Shown: positions 1 to 11,599 of the stretch, piece by piece | Numbering within the stretch: position 1 is the first letter of the stretch | Layout: each line of letters begins with the position of its first letter | Assembly (NCBI GenBank): GCA_012026655.1 | Contig: JAAILG010000560.1 | Coordinates: 1-64,000, forward strand | DNA length: 64,000 nucleotides | Source: Hydrolagus affinis | Lineage: Eukaryota | Reading direction: 5' to 3' | The notes under the pieces: model-generated | The model's input: the letters and a program-made list of their open reading frames with translations, nothing else | Databases searched by the model: none | Told to the model about the DNA's origin: nothing | Program-made: the position numbers and the translations under genes

Positions 1-288
1 AAAGATCTAATTCCCTTTTAAAAGTTGTTATCGAATCAGCCTCCACCACCTTTTCAGGCAATGCATTCCAGATTCGAACAACTCGCTGAGTGAAAAAATT
101 TCTCCTCAGCTCCCCTCTACTTCGCCTTGAAACTATTTTAAATCTGTGACCACGAATCACAGATTCGCCCATGAGTGGAAATAGTTTTTCTCTATTCACC
201 CTGTCGAAACCCCTCATGATCTTATACACCTCTATTAGGTCTCCCCTCAATCTTCTCTGTTCCAGAGAGAATAACCCTAGCCTATAGC
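1..288 (-). mobile_element. CR1-type LINE, ORF2 C-terminal fragment (runs off the window edge)
   Basis: The minus strand reads like a CR1 ORF2 end (FFTQRVVRIWNALPEKVVEADSITTFKRELD). Confidence 0.8.
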
Positions 289-445
289 TTGGATCGTTAG
301 TTCGAGGTAACATTAAGTCTACTGAAGTATCAATAAAGATCACATTTCTGTCAGCAGTGGACCACATCAAGATCACAGTCCCAGGATATAATAACTGAAT
401 GGAGTTTAACAGCAACGGTCACAATCCAACAAAATTGTATATCCT

Positions 446-590
446 ATCATAGAATCATACGGCACAAAAGGAGGCCATTCGGCCCATCTAGTCTCTTTGC
501 CGGCTCTTTGAAAAGAGCAACTCAATCCCACTGCCCAGTTCTCTCCCCATAACCTAATAGACCTGTTCTTCCTAAATAAAGATCTAATTC
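446..590 (-). mobile_element. CR1-type LINE 3' UTR fragment
   Basis: atcatagaatcatac tail and the ggaggccattcggccc motif. It ends in aaagatctaattc, the same string that opens the 1-288 copy. Confidence 0.75.
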
Positions 591-1199
591 TCTAATCCTA
601 TGAATCTTATATCTTATTGGTAGTAAACAATAGCAATCACAGGCAATGTAACATTCATGCAGTATTACAGGTTTTAAGGTGGGTCTTAAAGACAGATAGA
701 TAGGGGGTGAGCAGGAGTGTAAGCAGGAGTTCCAGAGGTTCGCGTACAGAATCTGAATATCTACTGCTCCCTTCATTCAATTATTCAGAGATGCTACCCA
801 TGTGAAAGGCACTATATAAATGTAAGTTGTTGTGATAGAGTCTATAGATATTTATCTTTCAATACTATACAAGTGTAATTTTGTTGTTGTTGTACATCCA
901 AGGATGCTCTTTTAGCATGAATGCTTTCTTCTGCATCCCCATCCGCATTTGAAGTGCTTAACAAACACGAGTTTCCATCAATACCCCTTGCTTTACAGAC
1001 CCAGTCAAGGTGATGTGTCTATTTTATGTGGATAATCACACCCAGGAGTCAGGTGTCAGAAGAACAGTTTGATTTGGGTTTGGTTGTTGAAAAGCTTGTT
1101 AATTATTATCTTCACACAAAGTCGAGCATTTTCTCAGGGACAGGACTCATTCTCACTTCTTCCAGGGGATGGTTTCAAAGGTGTCAGTCACCTTCTCCT

Positions 1200-1460
1200 A
1201 CCTGTTCCCTGTAGCCCTTATTGATGTGCGAACCATGACAATGAATGTTGGCAGGGCCATTACAGCAGAGCTTGACCCTGTCCTCACCTGATGCCATGTA
1301 CATGCAACTTCCAGCAGCTGTCTCTGGGTAGCGATCAACAGTGGCAAACATGTTAATTTTCTCTTCCCTCACCTGAAGCCAGCACTATAACTGCTGATCT
1401 GACTGAGACTGATTCCAGTCTCCAGCCTTCTGGTCTGTAAAGCTTCGCAATGACTTTACT
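1200..1460 (-). mobile_element. Old dispersed SINE-like repeat (second copy near 51060-51290)
   Basis: cctgtcctcacctgat here is the reverse complement of atcaggtgaggacagg near 51113, with similar flanks. Confidence 0.5.
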
Positions 1461-1505
1461 CACAAGGGCATTGGAGGATGTTGTATTTACATTGACCACA
1501 CCATC

Positions 1506-1747
1506 ATTACAAGCGTGAGACCTGTGTGTTCAAATCCAGGCAGGTCAGGGCGAAACCTTGGACAAGTTTCCTTACTCCACACGGATTAATAATAATCAGT
1601 CAAAGCAAACCACAAGAATAAAAATTGGTCATTTCAATCCATGACTATTTGGGGGGACACTGCTGTGCGCAATTGGCTGCCGTGTTTCGCCCACAAAAAA
1701 AATTCTGTGAAGCACTTTGAGACATCAATAAGATTATTATTATTATC
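1506..1747 (+). mobile_element. tRNA-derived SINE, slightly 5'-truncated, (TTA)n tail
   Basis: B-box-like gttcaaatcc, family core aaaccttggacaagtttccttactccac and ctgctgtgcgcaattggctgcc, TTA tail. Another tail fragment lies at about 1850-1944. Confidence 0.85.
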
Positions 1748-2568
1748 ATCACCGATCAGCAAAGTCGCTAGTAAAAAAAATGACAGAATTGAGTGCTGAC
1801 CAAATCCAACATTTAAAGTGGAAAATTCTATTTGCACTTATAAAAGTACACAGCCACTGCACTTTACAGTATACTTTGTGAAGCGTTTTAAAACATCTTC
1901 CTGACTGGAAAGATACTACATTAAATGTAAGAATTATTATTATTAAACTGCAGTTTTCTCAAAAGTATGCTGTGTTTTCCTGTTTGACAAACCAGCTGTA
2001 GTTCCTCATCAGGCAGGCATTACACAGAGGAAAACAATTAATTTACAACTACATCCTGAAGCAGTAACAAAAAAAAACCTCAGCTTTCCTTCAATCTGCT
2101 CACGATATTCAACATCATTTCATTTTGCACTCTGGCATCAAGCCACACAGCTGGTCAGGCTACACTCTGCGGACCCTGTTCATTCAGCCACAGTTCCTGT
2201 ACCTAATGGCTGCTCTTTACCCCTCACCTGATGTTGCCTCTAGAAAGAAACAAATAGGAACTGAAGTGTCAGCATCGGTTTCATAGCAGCTATACGCTGC
2301 AAAAATAACCGATAGCCTCATCCAATCTGCAGTTAAATGCAGCAAATGGAGAGTAAAGTGAGTAAAGTTATATCTTATGGTTCCAAAACATGCCCATCGA
2401 TGGTTCAATGAAAGCAATTGGCTGTTCACTTACTTATCTGCAAGCTATTGTTAATTATCAATACAGTATCATTGTACAGTATTTTGAAGCCCAAGACCTA
2501 GCAGATTTTTTTTGGTCTACTTTATCCTATATAAATCGGAGTTGTTGTTGTTTGCACATATTGAAATA

Positions 2569-2965
2569 CAGTCAACCCTTGCCGAACGCGACTTTCTCGA
2601 GTGCGAATTCGCCTATACGCAAAGAAATAAATGCGGCACCTTTTTGAGTAAAATTTACGTCTATGAGCTGGTTGGCCCAAAGGTAATATAATTTAGCCTA
2701 GCTGTGGTACTGTAAGGTGCTGTTTTATTGTCTCCAATCAGTCAGTGAGAGCGGGGAGAGTGACGAGCGGGGAGAGCTGGCCAGCCGGCTGTAGCCCGCC
2801 TAAGTACACATCTAGCATTGATTGGGTGTGGATGTGCCTGGAGGCTTGAGGTTGGATAGCCTGTGGATGGATTCCCCTTACCCCTTTTTCCCATTACTTA
2901 TTAAGCTTACCGAACGCGATTTTACCGAGTGCGTTGTTTTCCCCGCGTTTGGCGAGGGCAAACTG
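2569..2965. mobile_element. Non-autonomous Tc1/mariner-pogo (Tigger-like) MITE, 397 bp
   Basis: TA|CAGTCAACCCTTGCCGAACGCG ... CGCGTTTGGCGAGGGCAAACTG|TA. Imperfect 22-bp TIRs (17/22), TA on both sides, no ORF. Confidence 0.75.
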
Positions 2966-4763
2966 TAACTGTATTACATTGTTTCAGTTCTTCGTCAAAG
3001 TCTAAGCACATTTTTTTCAAGTTTCATTCCAGGATGCCTTTTCAGTGGTAATATCACCAGCTGCATTTTTGACCTCTTAGGTGTGCATGTTTGGAGTATG
3101 ACCCTTTTACAGTTCATAACTCAATATTCATTGGCAGTCGTTACTCAGAAACACAAAAGGAAGAGATTGTGTGATTAACTGCTAACACCTCAATATGCAG
3201 TAAAGTGTAAGGTATTATCACTGAGCAAGCATGTTCAAATAGCATTGTCCGCAGACCTATTCCAGTGTAAAACATTATTTCAATAATTACCAAAGAGTTA
3301 ACCGAAACAGAAAAGCTGGATAGTGTCAATGGGTAACAGCAGTCACGTTTCTCTCTCTCGGTTAAGTTGTTTAGTTTGCACAAAGCAGGACTGTTGGTTT
3401 TCTGCTTTCACTGGGCAGCAACATGAATCCTGACAAACCTTTACCGGCTCTCACTGTCTTGAGAGCGATAAAGAAATATCTGCTAAATGCTGCAATTCAG
3501 CATAGTCTGGCTTTAAATTGATTTAAAATATACAATGCATTTCCTCCTGGAAGAATTGCTGAACATTTGTAATACTCATCCTAAGACTCCTCAACTACAT
3601 TTCTGTGGAATAGTCTCAGCAATTCCAGTAAATATACCTATAAATATATATATATAAATATACAGTAAATATACCTGCGCAGTATAGATATGAAACTGTA
3701 AGGTTGCGAATTGTTTGTGTGACAAGTGGAAGTGACATTTTCTGGAAGTCTTGTTTCACCTTTGAAAGGACAAGTGGCTGTCTGCCTTTCCGCTGAAGTT
3801 GAAATGATTTAATAATCCTGCACAAGTTATGAGCAAAAAAAAGTCATCATCTTTCCCACCTCCGTTAAACATCGTTTCTTTTTACACAGAGATCAGGGAC
3901 AAAAAAACACAAAGACTGACAAAATATCAGCTGGTTTATAATGGATGGTGCTTAGGATTTCCACATCTGTCGAGAAGCAAGAGGGAAAGCTAGAGCAGTG
4001 AGAGAAAGCTGCTGCGTAAAAAAAACCACTGTGATATAAATGATTAACTGAAAAGCCACAAGTGTAACAGCATTTTGATGAATGACTATTCACATTCACT
4101 GTGATTCTGAACACCATATAACACACAATAACGATTGCTCAACACTCATCTGGGGGTCTTGCTGCAAATCCAAATATTTATTTAGCGTGCCCAGGGGGCA
4201 GTTAACATAAGCATTTATCACTGAATGGGAGTGCTGTGTCCATCAAGGTCAGGCTTCTTCTGTTTGAAAACCGTGAGAGCACAACATGTATCCAGCCAAC
4301 ACTTCCCAGATCCTTTATTCTATTACCGTCAAACTTAAATATCATTTAGATTCTCTAAGCACTGTACTGTCATTGCAACCTCAAATACATCCATCTGGAC
4401 TTCCATATCTGTTGGATCGTTAGTCGGTGAAACATTAATTCCCAGTGCAGTATTAATTTTCTCTGGGAATTGAATCGCTTTCAAATTGATATGTTATTAT
4501 CAATTTTGTTTGGGCGGGTTCTTTAACATCTTAAGCGGATTCTTGCTTTCATCAAAGCAAGGGACCCCTGTGCTGAGGAATAAAGTTTTGTCACTTCACG
4601 TGTCAGCATCAAATGTTCCCTGGTCAGCTACTGTGTCAATATCCCTCTAATGTTATTGTTGTTGCTGAAATCCATTGCATTTGTGTCTCCGACAGCAGTG
4701 TGGTATGTTGATGACACCCTGTCCCTCCTTTTGGCTCTCAAAATTGCCTGACAAAATTGGTAA

Positions 4764-4862
4764 TATAATAATCCTTGCATTTGATACAACCCTTCTCACA
4801 TCTTCTAGACGCCTCGAAGCGTTTCCCAGAATATATTCTAAAGTAAATTGACTGTATATGTA
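4764..4862 (-). mobile_element. SINE-family 3' tail (about 100 bp), fused to an L2 fragment
   Basis: ataataatccttgcatttgata...aaagtaaattgactgtatat matches the family tail. Confidence 0.8.
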
Positions 4863-5330
4863 AAGGAGGCAAGGGAGAGAGGGGCAGAGAGACTGAAGGC
4901 CCGCTAGCCAATGGTAGGGCAGGTTGGGTAGTTGACATGGAGCAGGCCAGAGTCTGCTAAATGGGGGGAGCAGACAGGTTGATAGAGAGTCAGCAGTCAG
5001 AGAGGTGAGAGGGGGCAAGGCCATCGAGGACCTTGAAAGTGAGGACAAGGATCTTGAATTCAATTCTCTGAGGAATGGGGAGCCAGTGGAGCCGGGCAAG
5101 GGTGGGGTTATTGGGGTTGAAGAGCCTGGTGCGGAAATGGACATGAGCTGCAGAGTTTTGGATGAGAGCTTGTGGAGGGAAACATTGGGGAGGTCGACAA
5201 GGAGACAGTTGCCGTAGTTGAGCCTTGCGGTGACAAGAGCGTGTGTAAGGGTTTTAGCGACCTGAGGCGTGAGGCAGTGACAGAGACGGGCGATGTTGCG
5301 GAGGTGGTGGAAGGCGGTGCTGGTCATGGC
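4863..5330 (-). mobile_element. L2 LINE ORF2 C-terminal fragment, frameshifted
   Basis: Translates to AFHHLRNIARL...LTHALVTARLNYGNCLL, homologous to the 61444-62233 copy. Confidence 0.9.
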
Positions 5331-7108
5331 GACAATATAATGATTATTTCCGTGGATATCACAGGTGATCTCAAAACTGTGGCGTATAATGTTATCACCA
5401 GTGATACAATGCAACAATGTTAACCCGTAATCTTTCCGACCGTGTTGCAATGCATTGCTGACATTTCCCACTTTTATGTCAGATTTCTAGGATCTGCAGT
5501 TTATCAGAGCCTTTCGTTTGACTAAGGATCCCATCACTTCAACTCTGAGTTGAGGCTTCTTAGACTGTTACATTCCACCCAAGTGAGGAGATTTTGAGAT
5601 TTTATTTATCCAATATCCCAGAAATGAAAGGAGAATGTCCCAGTCTATTCCTCCACCCAGCTGCTGGGAGTTTATTGAACTCAATCCATCTCATATCAGC
5701 ATGGCAAAAAAACAATAACCACCTTATTTAACTGTCTAAAATGCTGCTGAGACTTTGCAGCATTTGTAAAGCAGAACTAAAGGGTTGCAAAGTCAAGTGT
5801 GTAAAAGCTGCCAAATACATAATTACGCACATAGTGAAAGGATAAATGGACTGTTTCCCACTAAAGCTGGCGAATAAGCTTGTACAATTTGTGCTGTTCT
5901 GTGGTCTTTGCCTTTCGGTGGTCATTTTCCTTTTTGCTATTAGCTTGATTGTAACATCAGCTTCAAAAGCAAGGCTCACAGGAATCTCGCTAACAAGTTA
6001 AGTATGGTGGTGGTTCTGGGACTGCTTTAAGAGAGGTGAAATCTGGTAGGGTTTGGGATATTTAAGTACAAACTTGGACTGTTAGTTTCATAGTTGCATT
6101 CCCCACCCACCCTCACTGCAATTGTTTCTAGCTGTTCAACATTGCACTGTAGGCTGCCCTTGGCTTTGCTATAGACATTTGATTGTCTAAGAGTTACATA
6201 TGCATCTAATTGAATCCTGATAAGCACATACCAAATGTGGCAACAAGTATGCTTAGATTGCACTGTCTACAATGTGATGGAAATGGGATTTGAAGGTCTA
6301 GACACCAAATGTCTCTTCTAAATATTAGTTACTCTGCACCCACGGTCCATCAGTTCATTAGCTCAACATTAACATATGGAAATGGTGCTCTGGAAATCTT
6401 CTTATACCTGATAAATTTCTACTTAAACTCCTCTGTTTAAAGAACTTCCAGATCAGCCATCTCTAACTTTCCCTGAATGCTATCAGTGTGCTTCAAAAAA
6501 ATGCATTCTTTCATATACGTAAAATAAGGTAAACATTCATTGAAGTTAATCAATGCCCTTTCAAATGGGTATATTTTCTTTTTTTTACAAAAAAAATGGC
6601 CTCATTGTTGAAATTGGCACCTATACATTCTGTATTCGGAGGAGTGTTAGAATGCGCACTAGTGTAAATCTGCTTTTCAATCACATTCATTCTTGCCAAG
6701 TTTCCAGTGCCATTACTGTTCATGTATAGAATGTGCTGCCACCTCAATTTGGCTTTGCAGTTCAGCTTCAAAATGGTCTCTTGAGTAGATATTGAGCTGA
6801 ATTAAACATCTGTCCAATGCTAAAAGCCATCAGCACAGTTGAGCAGGTTTAAAGAAAGCCAATAATGAAAGTCACTTGCACATTTTTCCCTCATGCTATA
6901 AATCTTCATGAGTGAAAACAGTAAATCTTTTAGGCTGTTTGAAGAGTCATCAATTATGCTTGGAGTTTGCAGGTCGCAATAAAAGAGTTACTTTTAAACA
7001 GAAAACCTGGCTGAATAAACATGCAAGTGATTTGGAGGAAAGGGCTCTATTGTTGAGGTAGGTTGGGCTTCTCAATGCAAAATTGTGGGCAACAAGACTC
7101 AGTTTATG

Positions 7109-7400
7109 CAATAATCCTTGAATTTGATATAGCTCTTTTCACGTCTTCCAGACATCTCAACGCGCTTTGCAAAATATACCGTAAAGTGAATTCACTGTAT
7201 ATTCGTGGGCGAAACGTGGCAGGTTAGTGTGCACAGCAGTCCCCACAAACAGTTGCGGGTTGATGCTTGCATCTGCATGCACCAATTTCTGACCTTAGTT
7301 TAATGAATTATCCAAAGGATGGCACCTTAGTGTTAGCCTAGTCTGTGAGTTCAAAGTCTTTACGTGGGGCTTGAATCAACAAACTTTGGGTTCACAGATG
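7109..7400 (-). mobile_element. SINE 3' half plus a Deu-SINE-like upstream remnant
   Basis: Family tail at about 7109-7255, then tccaaaggatggcacct and gtggggcttgaatc motifs shared with the Deu-type copies. Confidence 0.65.
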
Positions 7401-7762
7401 GGTTCCTGATGTCATGTTTGTAAGAATAATATGCATGGGCAACCACATTGTGCAACATAATTTGTGCTTTTATGGTAAACCAGAGTGAACAGAAAAGTTT
7501 GTTGGATCCAATGGCTACATTCATAGTGGAACACACGAGTGGAACAATAACAGCAACATTTGCCTGCACTACGAATGGGGAGAACCACAGTGTTGAAAAT
7601 CGTTCCTGTGGCATTTAAACAGGATTGTTTTGCTCGTGGCTTCCGACATCGTCAAGAGACCCATCGGTTTATAAATGATACATTAGAACAGATGCACATT
7701 TTCTGCGTGAGCAGAAAATATTTAGCACGCAAGGGGTTAAGAAAACATTCAGAAGACTTTAC

Positions 7763-7902
7763 CTTTTTCGTTGCTGATTACATACTGTGGAGGTTTGTTC
7801 TTGTCAATGCTGTTAAAACTTTGACTTCGTCTGTTCAGGTTGGTGGTAGCTTGGACCTTGGTACTGCTGCCTGCAGCTGACACCCTGGAGGGTCCGGGAA
7901 GC
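7763..7902 (-). CDS. NAV3: NAV3 coding exon (about exon 7): RLPGPSRVSAAGSSTKVQATTNLNRRSQSFNSIDKNKPPQYVISNEK
   Basis: 140-nt exon, ctttgcag|G ... AAAG|gtaaag, phase 2 to 1. It contains the navigator motif NRRSQSFN. Confidence 0.95.
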
Positions 7903-8365
7903 CTGCAAAGCAATGGAAGCTTGAGTTCCGCACAATAATTGTACACAGCAGCGAGGCAAGTCAAGGTGTAAAGTCAGATTGTTTGAATGGGGGTAGTGGT
8001 AGGGGGTGGGGGGTGCTGTAGGAATTGTTCTTTCCTCCCCTCACTGGACAGTCTTTTTACACGTAAACATTAATGTTAGTTACAGTTGCCAACTCCACTG
8101 CTGTCAGTGTCTATTCTAGGATCATATCAGCTTTTTGGAGCTCATGGAAACATTCTTACCCAACTCTCCGCAACTATATCAATATAGGCTTTTGACCGCT
8201 TTTATCTGTATGGTCAATATTTGCCTTGTGTCATCCACATTTTCTGATCCAGATTGTGCAAGGTTCACCGACACCTGAAAGTGAACTGTTTATACATAAT
8301 CTTATCTAATCTAATCACACAAGGTCAGGTTCAAATTGAAATATGAACTGTTGCCACAGACAGAG

Positions 8366-8671
8366 AATAATAATAATAATCCTTGCATTTGATTTAGTGT
8401 TTTTCACGTCTTCTAGACATCTCAAACTGCTTCATGGAATATAATGTAAAGTGAATTGACTGTATATTTGTGAGCGAAATGGGCAGCCAATTGCACACTG
8501 CAATGTCCAAACAGTCTGTGGATTCAAATGACCAACTTTATTATTTTGTTTGAGAGATTATTATTGGGTGTGTGGAGTAAGGAAACATGCCCAAGGTTTT
8601 GCCATGCCTGGATTCGAACACAGGTCTCACACTTGTAAGGCGTGTGCTCTAACCACTGATCTACACGATCC
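8366..8671 (-). mobile_element. Full-length tRNA-derived SINE
   Basis: Runs from the (TAA)n tail through the core to the tRNA-like head (ggattcgaac, gctctaaccactga). Confidence 0.9.
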
Positions 8672-9234
8672 TTGTTTTGACAAGTCTTGTATTAGAATTT
8701 AGCTTAAAAAGAAATCACAAGTTCCCGGTTTTGTTTCCTTCATCTAAAGGCTGCAGATTTGTAATTTCGCCACTTTAAATGATTTATTTACACAGCTTGT
8801 ATTATTTCAGAAACACAAGGGATAGCACACAAAACACATCGTTTCAGGGAAAGTTGGACAAGGTCAGAGAACATGTTTTTATTAGATATCGTGAACACAT
8901 TAACCTGATTAATAAAATGCCTGTGGTATCCTTTTTAAAAATCCTCATTAACTTCCAATAAAGCAAATCTGACTTCTTCCAAAGCCAGTCAGTTTTCCAT
9001 TTCTTTCTAGGAGTCTCAGTGCAGAAAAAAATGTCCCTGACTATTCATTTCAATGTGTTTTCAAATCCATATTATTAGACATCAAAAGCTTGTTTCAAAT
9101 GTCCTGACCTTAGCAAATCCATTACATTTCTCATCTCACCTCTGTCTGACAGCAGTGGCATCTCACAACTTAGGTATCCTTATAGTTAAAACCGTAAGGA
9201 GACAGTTTTCCATAGTGAGCTGGACGGATACAGT

Positions 9235-9520
9235 CCTGTTATAGCAGCAACTGAGTTCAGCTCCAGCCCAGAACAGTCTGGCAGAAGTCTCCTTGTCTAT
9301 GAAGTGTCCCAGGAGGGGTAGTACGGGGGCTGTTCCCTATCCAGGACCCAGTGGAATCCCATCCACCGCATAATGAGCACTAATTCGCTGATCTTATATT
9401 GATGGACAGGTTGGGAAATCAAAATGTCATTCTGGTGTGTTTCTGAGGCTGACATTTAGGCACTTTCTTAAGAGCAATGCACCGTTTACAAGGTAACTGA
9501 TGTGTGCTAGATCTGACCAG
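9235..9520 (+). mobile_element. LF-SINE-like ancient relic
   Basis: Motifs gagttcagctccagcccaga, gcactaatt, gggaaatcaaaatg and tgtgctagatctgacc occur in the order recalled for LF-SINE-like elements. Degenerate. Confidence 0.4.
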
Positions 9521-11530
9521 CGAATCATTGAATGTCATTGCTCTGTGCAAAACAAAATGTTTAAAACCTCTGGATCCCAGAACTACACTTGCTTTCCTCC
9601 TTGACCAGCAAGGAGGAGATTGGTAAATCTCTCAATAGTCAATTCCATCCTATTTGTCTTTTTTCTGTCCTTTAGTTCCTCCAATTTTCTGGTTATGTAT
9701 AAGTGGACAAGGGGCCAGAATGCATGCACAGCATGTTCTCAACAATATGTTTTTCCAATTTAACACCCACATGAAACATTTTTCTCAACCATACAAAATT
9801 AAAGCATAAAATTAAATTTAATGCACAAAGTTCAGATAACAGCAAGGGGATAGTGATGTCATGTGCTATAAACAGTGGCATGCTGCCACCTTCTGAATAT
9901 TTTAAGGTATGGCACATTACGAAGATTGGTGCACTACACACACAGTGGGTATTTTATATGCATTGAGGCATATTAGGGTATGCTGTATCTCAGCAAACCT
10001 TAATAACGTCTTTGCGAAAGCAGAAAGAGGTTCAAGTTGAAGTTTGGCTTCTTTCCTTAAACCGTGTAGTCAACTCCATGTTCCCAAGGGTTGCTCCTGG
10101 CAAAATGTACTTTTATTACTGAACAAATGTTTCTATAATTAGTTGCAGTGAATGACACAAAGCAGATCTTAAGTTTGTTTTAATCTGAGCAGTTGACTGA
10201 AAGTGAACATGCAAAGCAGTCGTTTTAATGCCACTCTTCTGTGAGTTATAAATGTATTTTGTTGCAGTGCATTCATTACTCACTGATGTCCAATTTCCCA
10301 TTTGCTTCTCGGTGTTTATGGACTGTTAGTTTGCTGCTCCTGAGAGGCATGCAGAGCGCTTGCGTGGCACCATCTGTCGATGTGCTAACCTCAACAGTGA
10401 CCCATGAATACAAGTAATCTCCGGTTCCCAGAAGTAAGCACTAACACAAACGTAGAAATCCATTCGGTCTGTTTCATTAAATTAATCTGACAGACCACAG
10501 AGGACCTTCACTCCTCTGCCCCACACAATGAAGGAGAACTGAATGGGGATGTATACGAGTCGTGTTGAGTGACACATACACAACAGGATATGATTAAGCA
10601 CAGATTTTCAATGGAATGCTACATAGACAGTGACTCAGTAACCAATAACAATTTTTTTTGACATGAACGCAACATCAAATCTGTTTTACTCTTTTCCCCC
10701 TCATAATCGTACTGTCAATTTATAAAGCTTCTTGAGACGATTCGAGTCATTGAATTCTGATCTTTAGGTTACGGTTTAGGATTCAGGCCATTTTAATATC
10801 TCTAAATTTGGATGTGGTTATGAATCACAAGCTTCAATTGCTCTTAGAATCTGATGCTCCAATCCATCAAACTATTGAATTCTACATTTATTATTTAAAT
10901 AACTAAGCACTGTATTTCTAAGATAATAGTCTCGCTGTGTATTATTAAACAGTGCTAGGAACTATGTGCTTAGTCATTTGATCCTCCGTGACATTTTGCT
11001 TAGAATGATGACAAAGGGAATAACTGAAGTATTTAAATTACAATTTTCTAACCTACGGTTTTCAGTCCCTCTTGTTGGAGAGGAAAACAGCTGGCCGAAA
11101 TCTTTAATTATTATTTTTTGTTTTAAAAATAACTTAGTAATTAAATGCAACCATTAAAAGCCTAACTTTCTTAGGCTAATACTGAAGCAAGTTACCTGGG
11201 ATAAAATTCCACCTGGATTTAGATTTATTCTATTCCACATTGCATTTCAGAGGGTGCAAAATTTGGCCAATTAAATTCACTTTTAACTCCAAAGCTTGTT
11301 TTTTGTATGTTCTTGAATGAAACGTATAGAAAACCTGCTTTGAAATTAAAGACTCTGATCCAAAATGTGATCATTCTTAATTTAAGGTAATGTGACCAAT
11401 TTTGAATGCTCTGAAAGGTTAATTGAGTCAATCGAGACCGGAGGTAGAATCTCTACCCAATTGTACCACACTGTATTACAAAGTGTCATCCACACAACTG
11501 GCAGGCAGTGAATAAGAATTACCAGCTGAC

Positions 11531-11599
11531 CTAGTAGACTTTTTCTGATTTGCTGCAGTTCCAGTATGTTTGGACTGAGTTGCATATCTGGCTGCCAGA
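11531..11599 (-). CDS. NAV3: NAV3 coding exon (about exon 6): (S)LAARYATQSKHTGTAANQKKST(R)
   Basis: 69-nt exon, tgcag|TCT ... TAG|gtcagc, phase 2 to 2. It matches the NAV3 segment SLAARYATQS...QKK.TR as recalled. Confidence 0.92.
   Translation of the reverse strand, partial: SGSQICNSVQTYWNCSKSEKVY

Noticed and set aside
4653-5471. 272-aa minus-strand ORF as a gene
   Set aside because: It reads through a frameshifted L2 fragment and a SINE tail; only the middle part is L2 ORF2.
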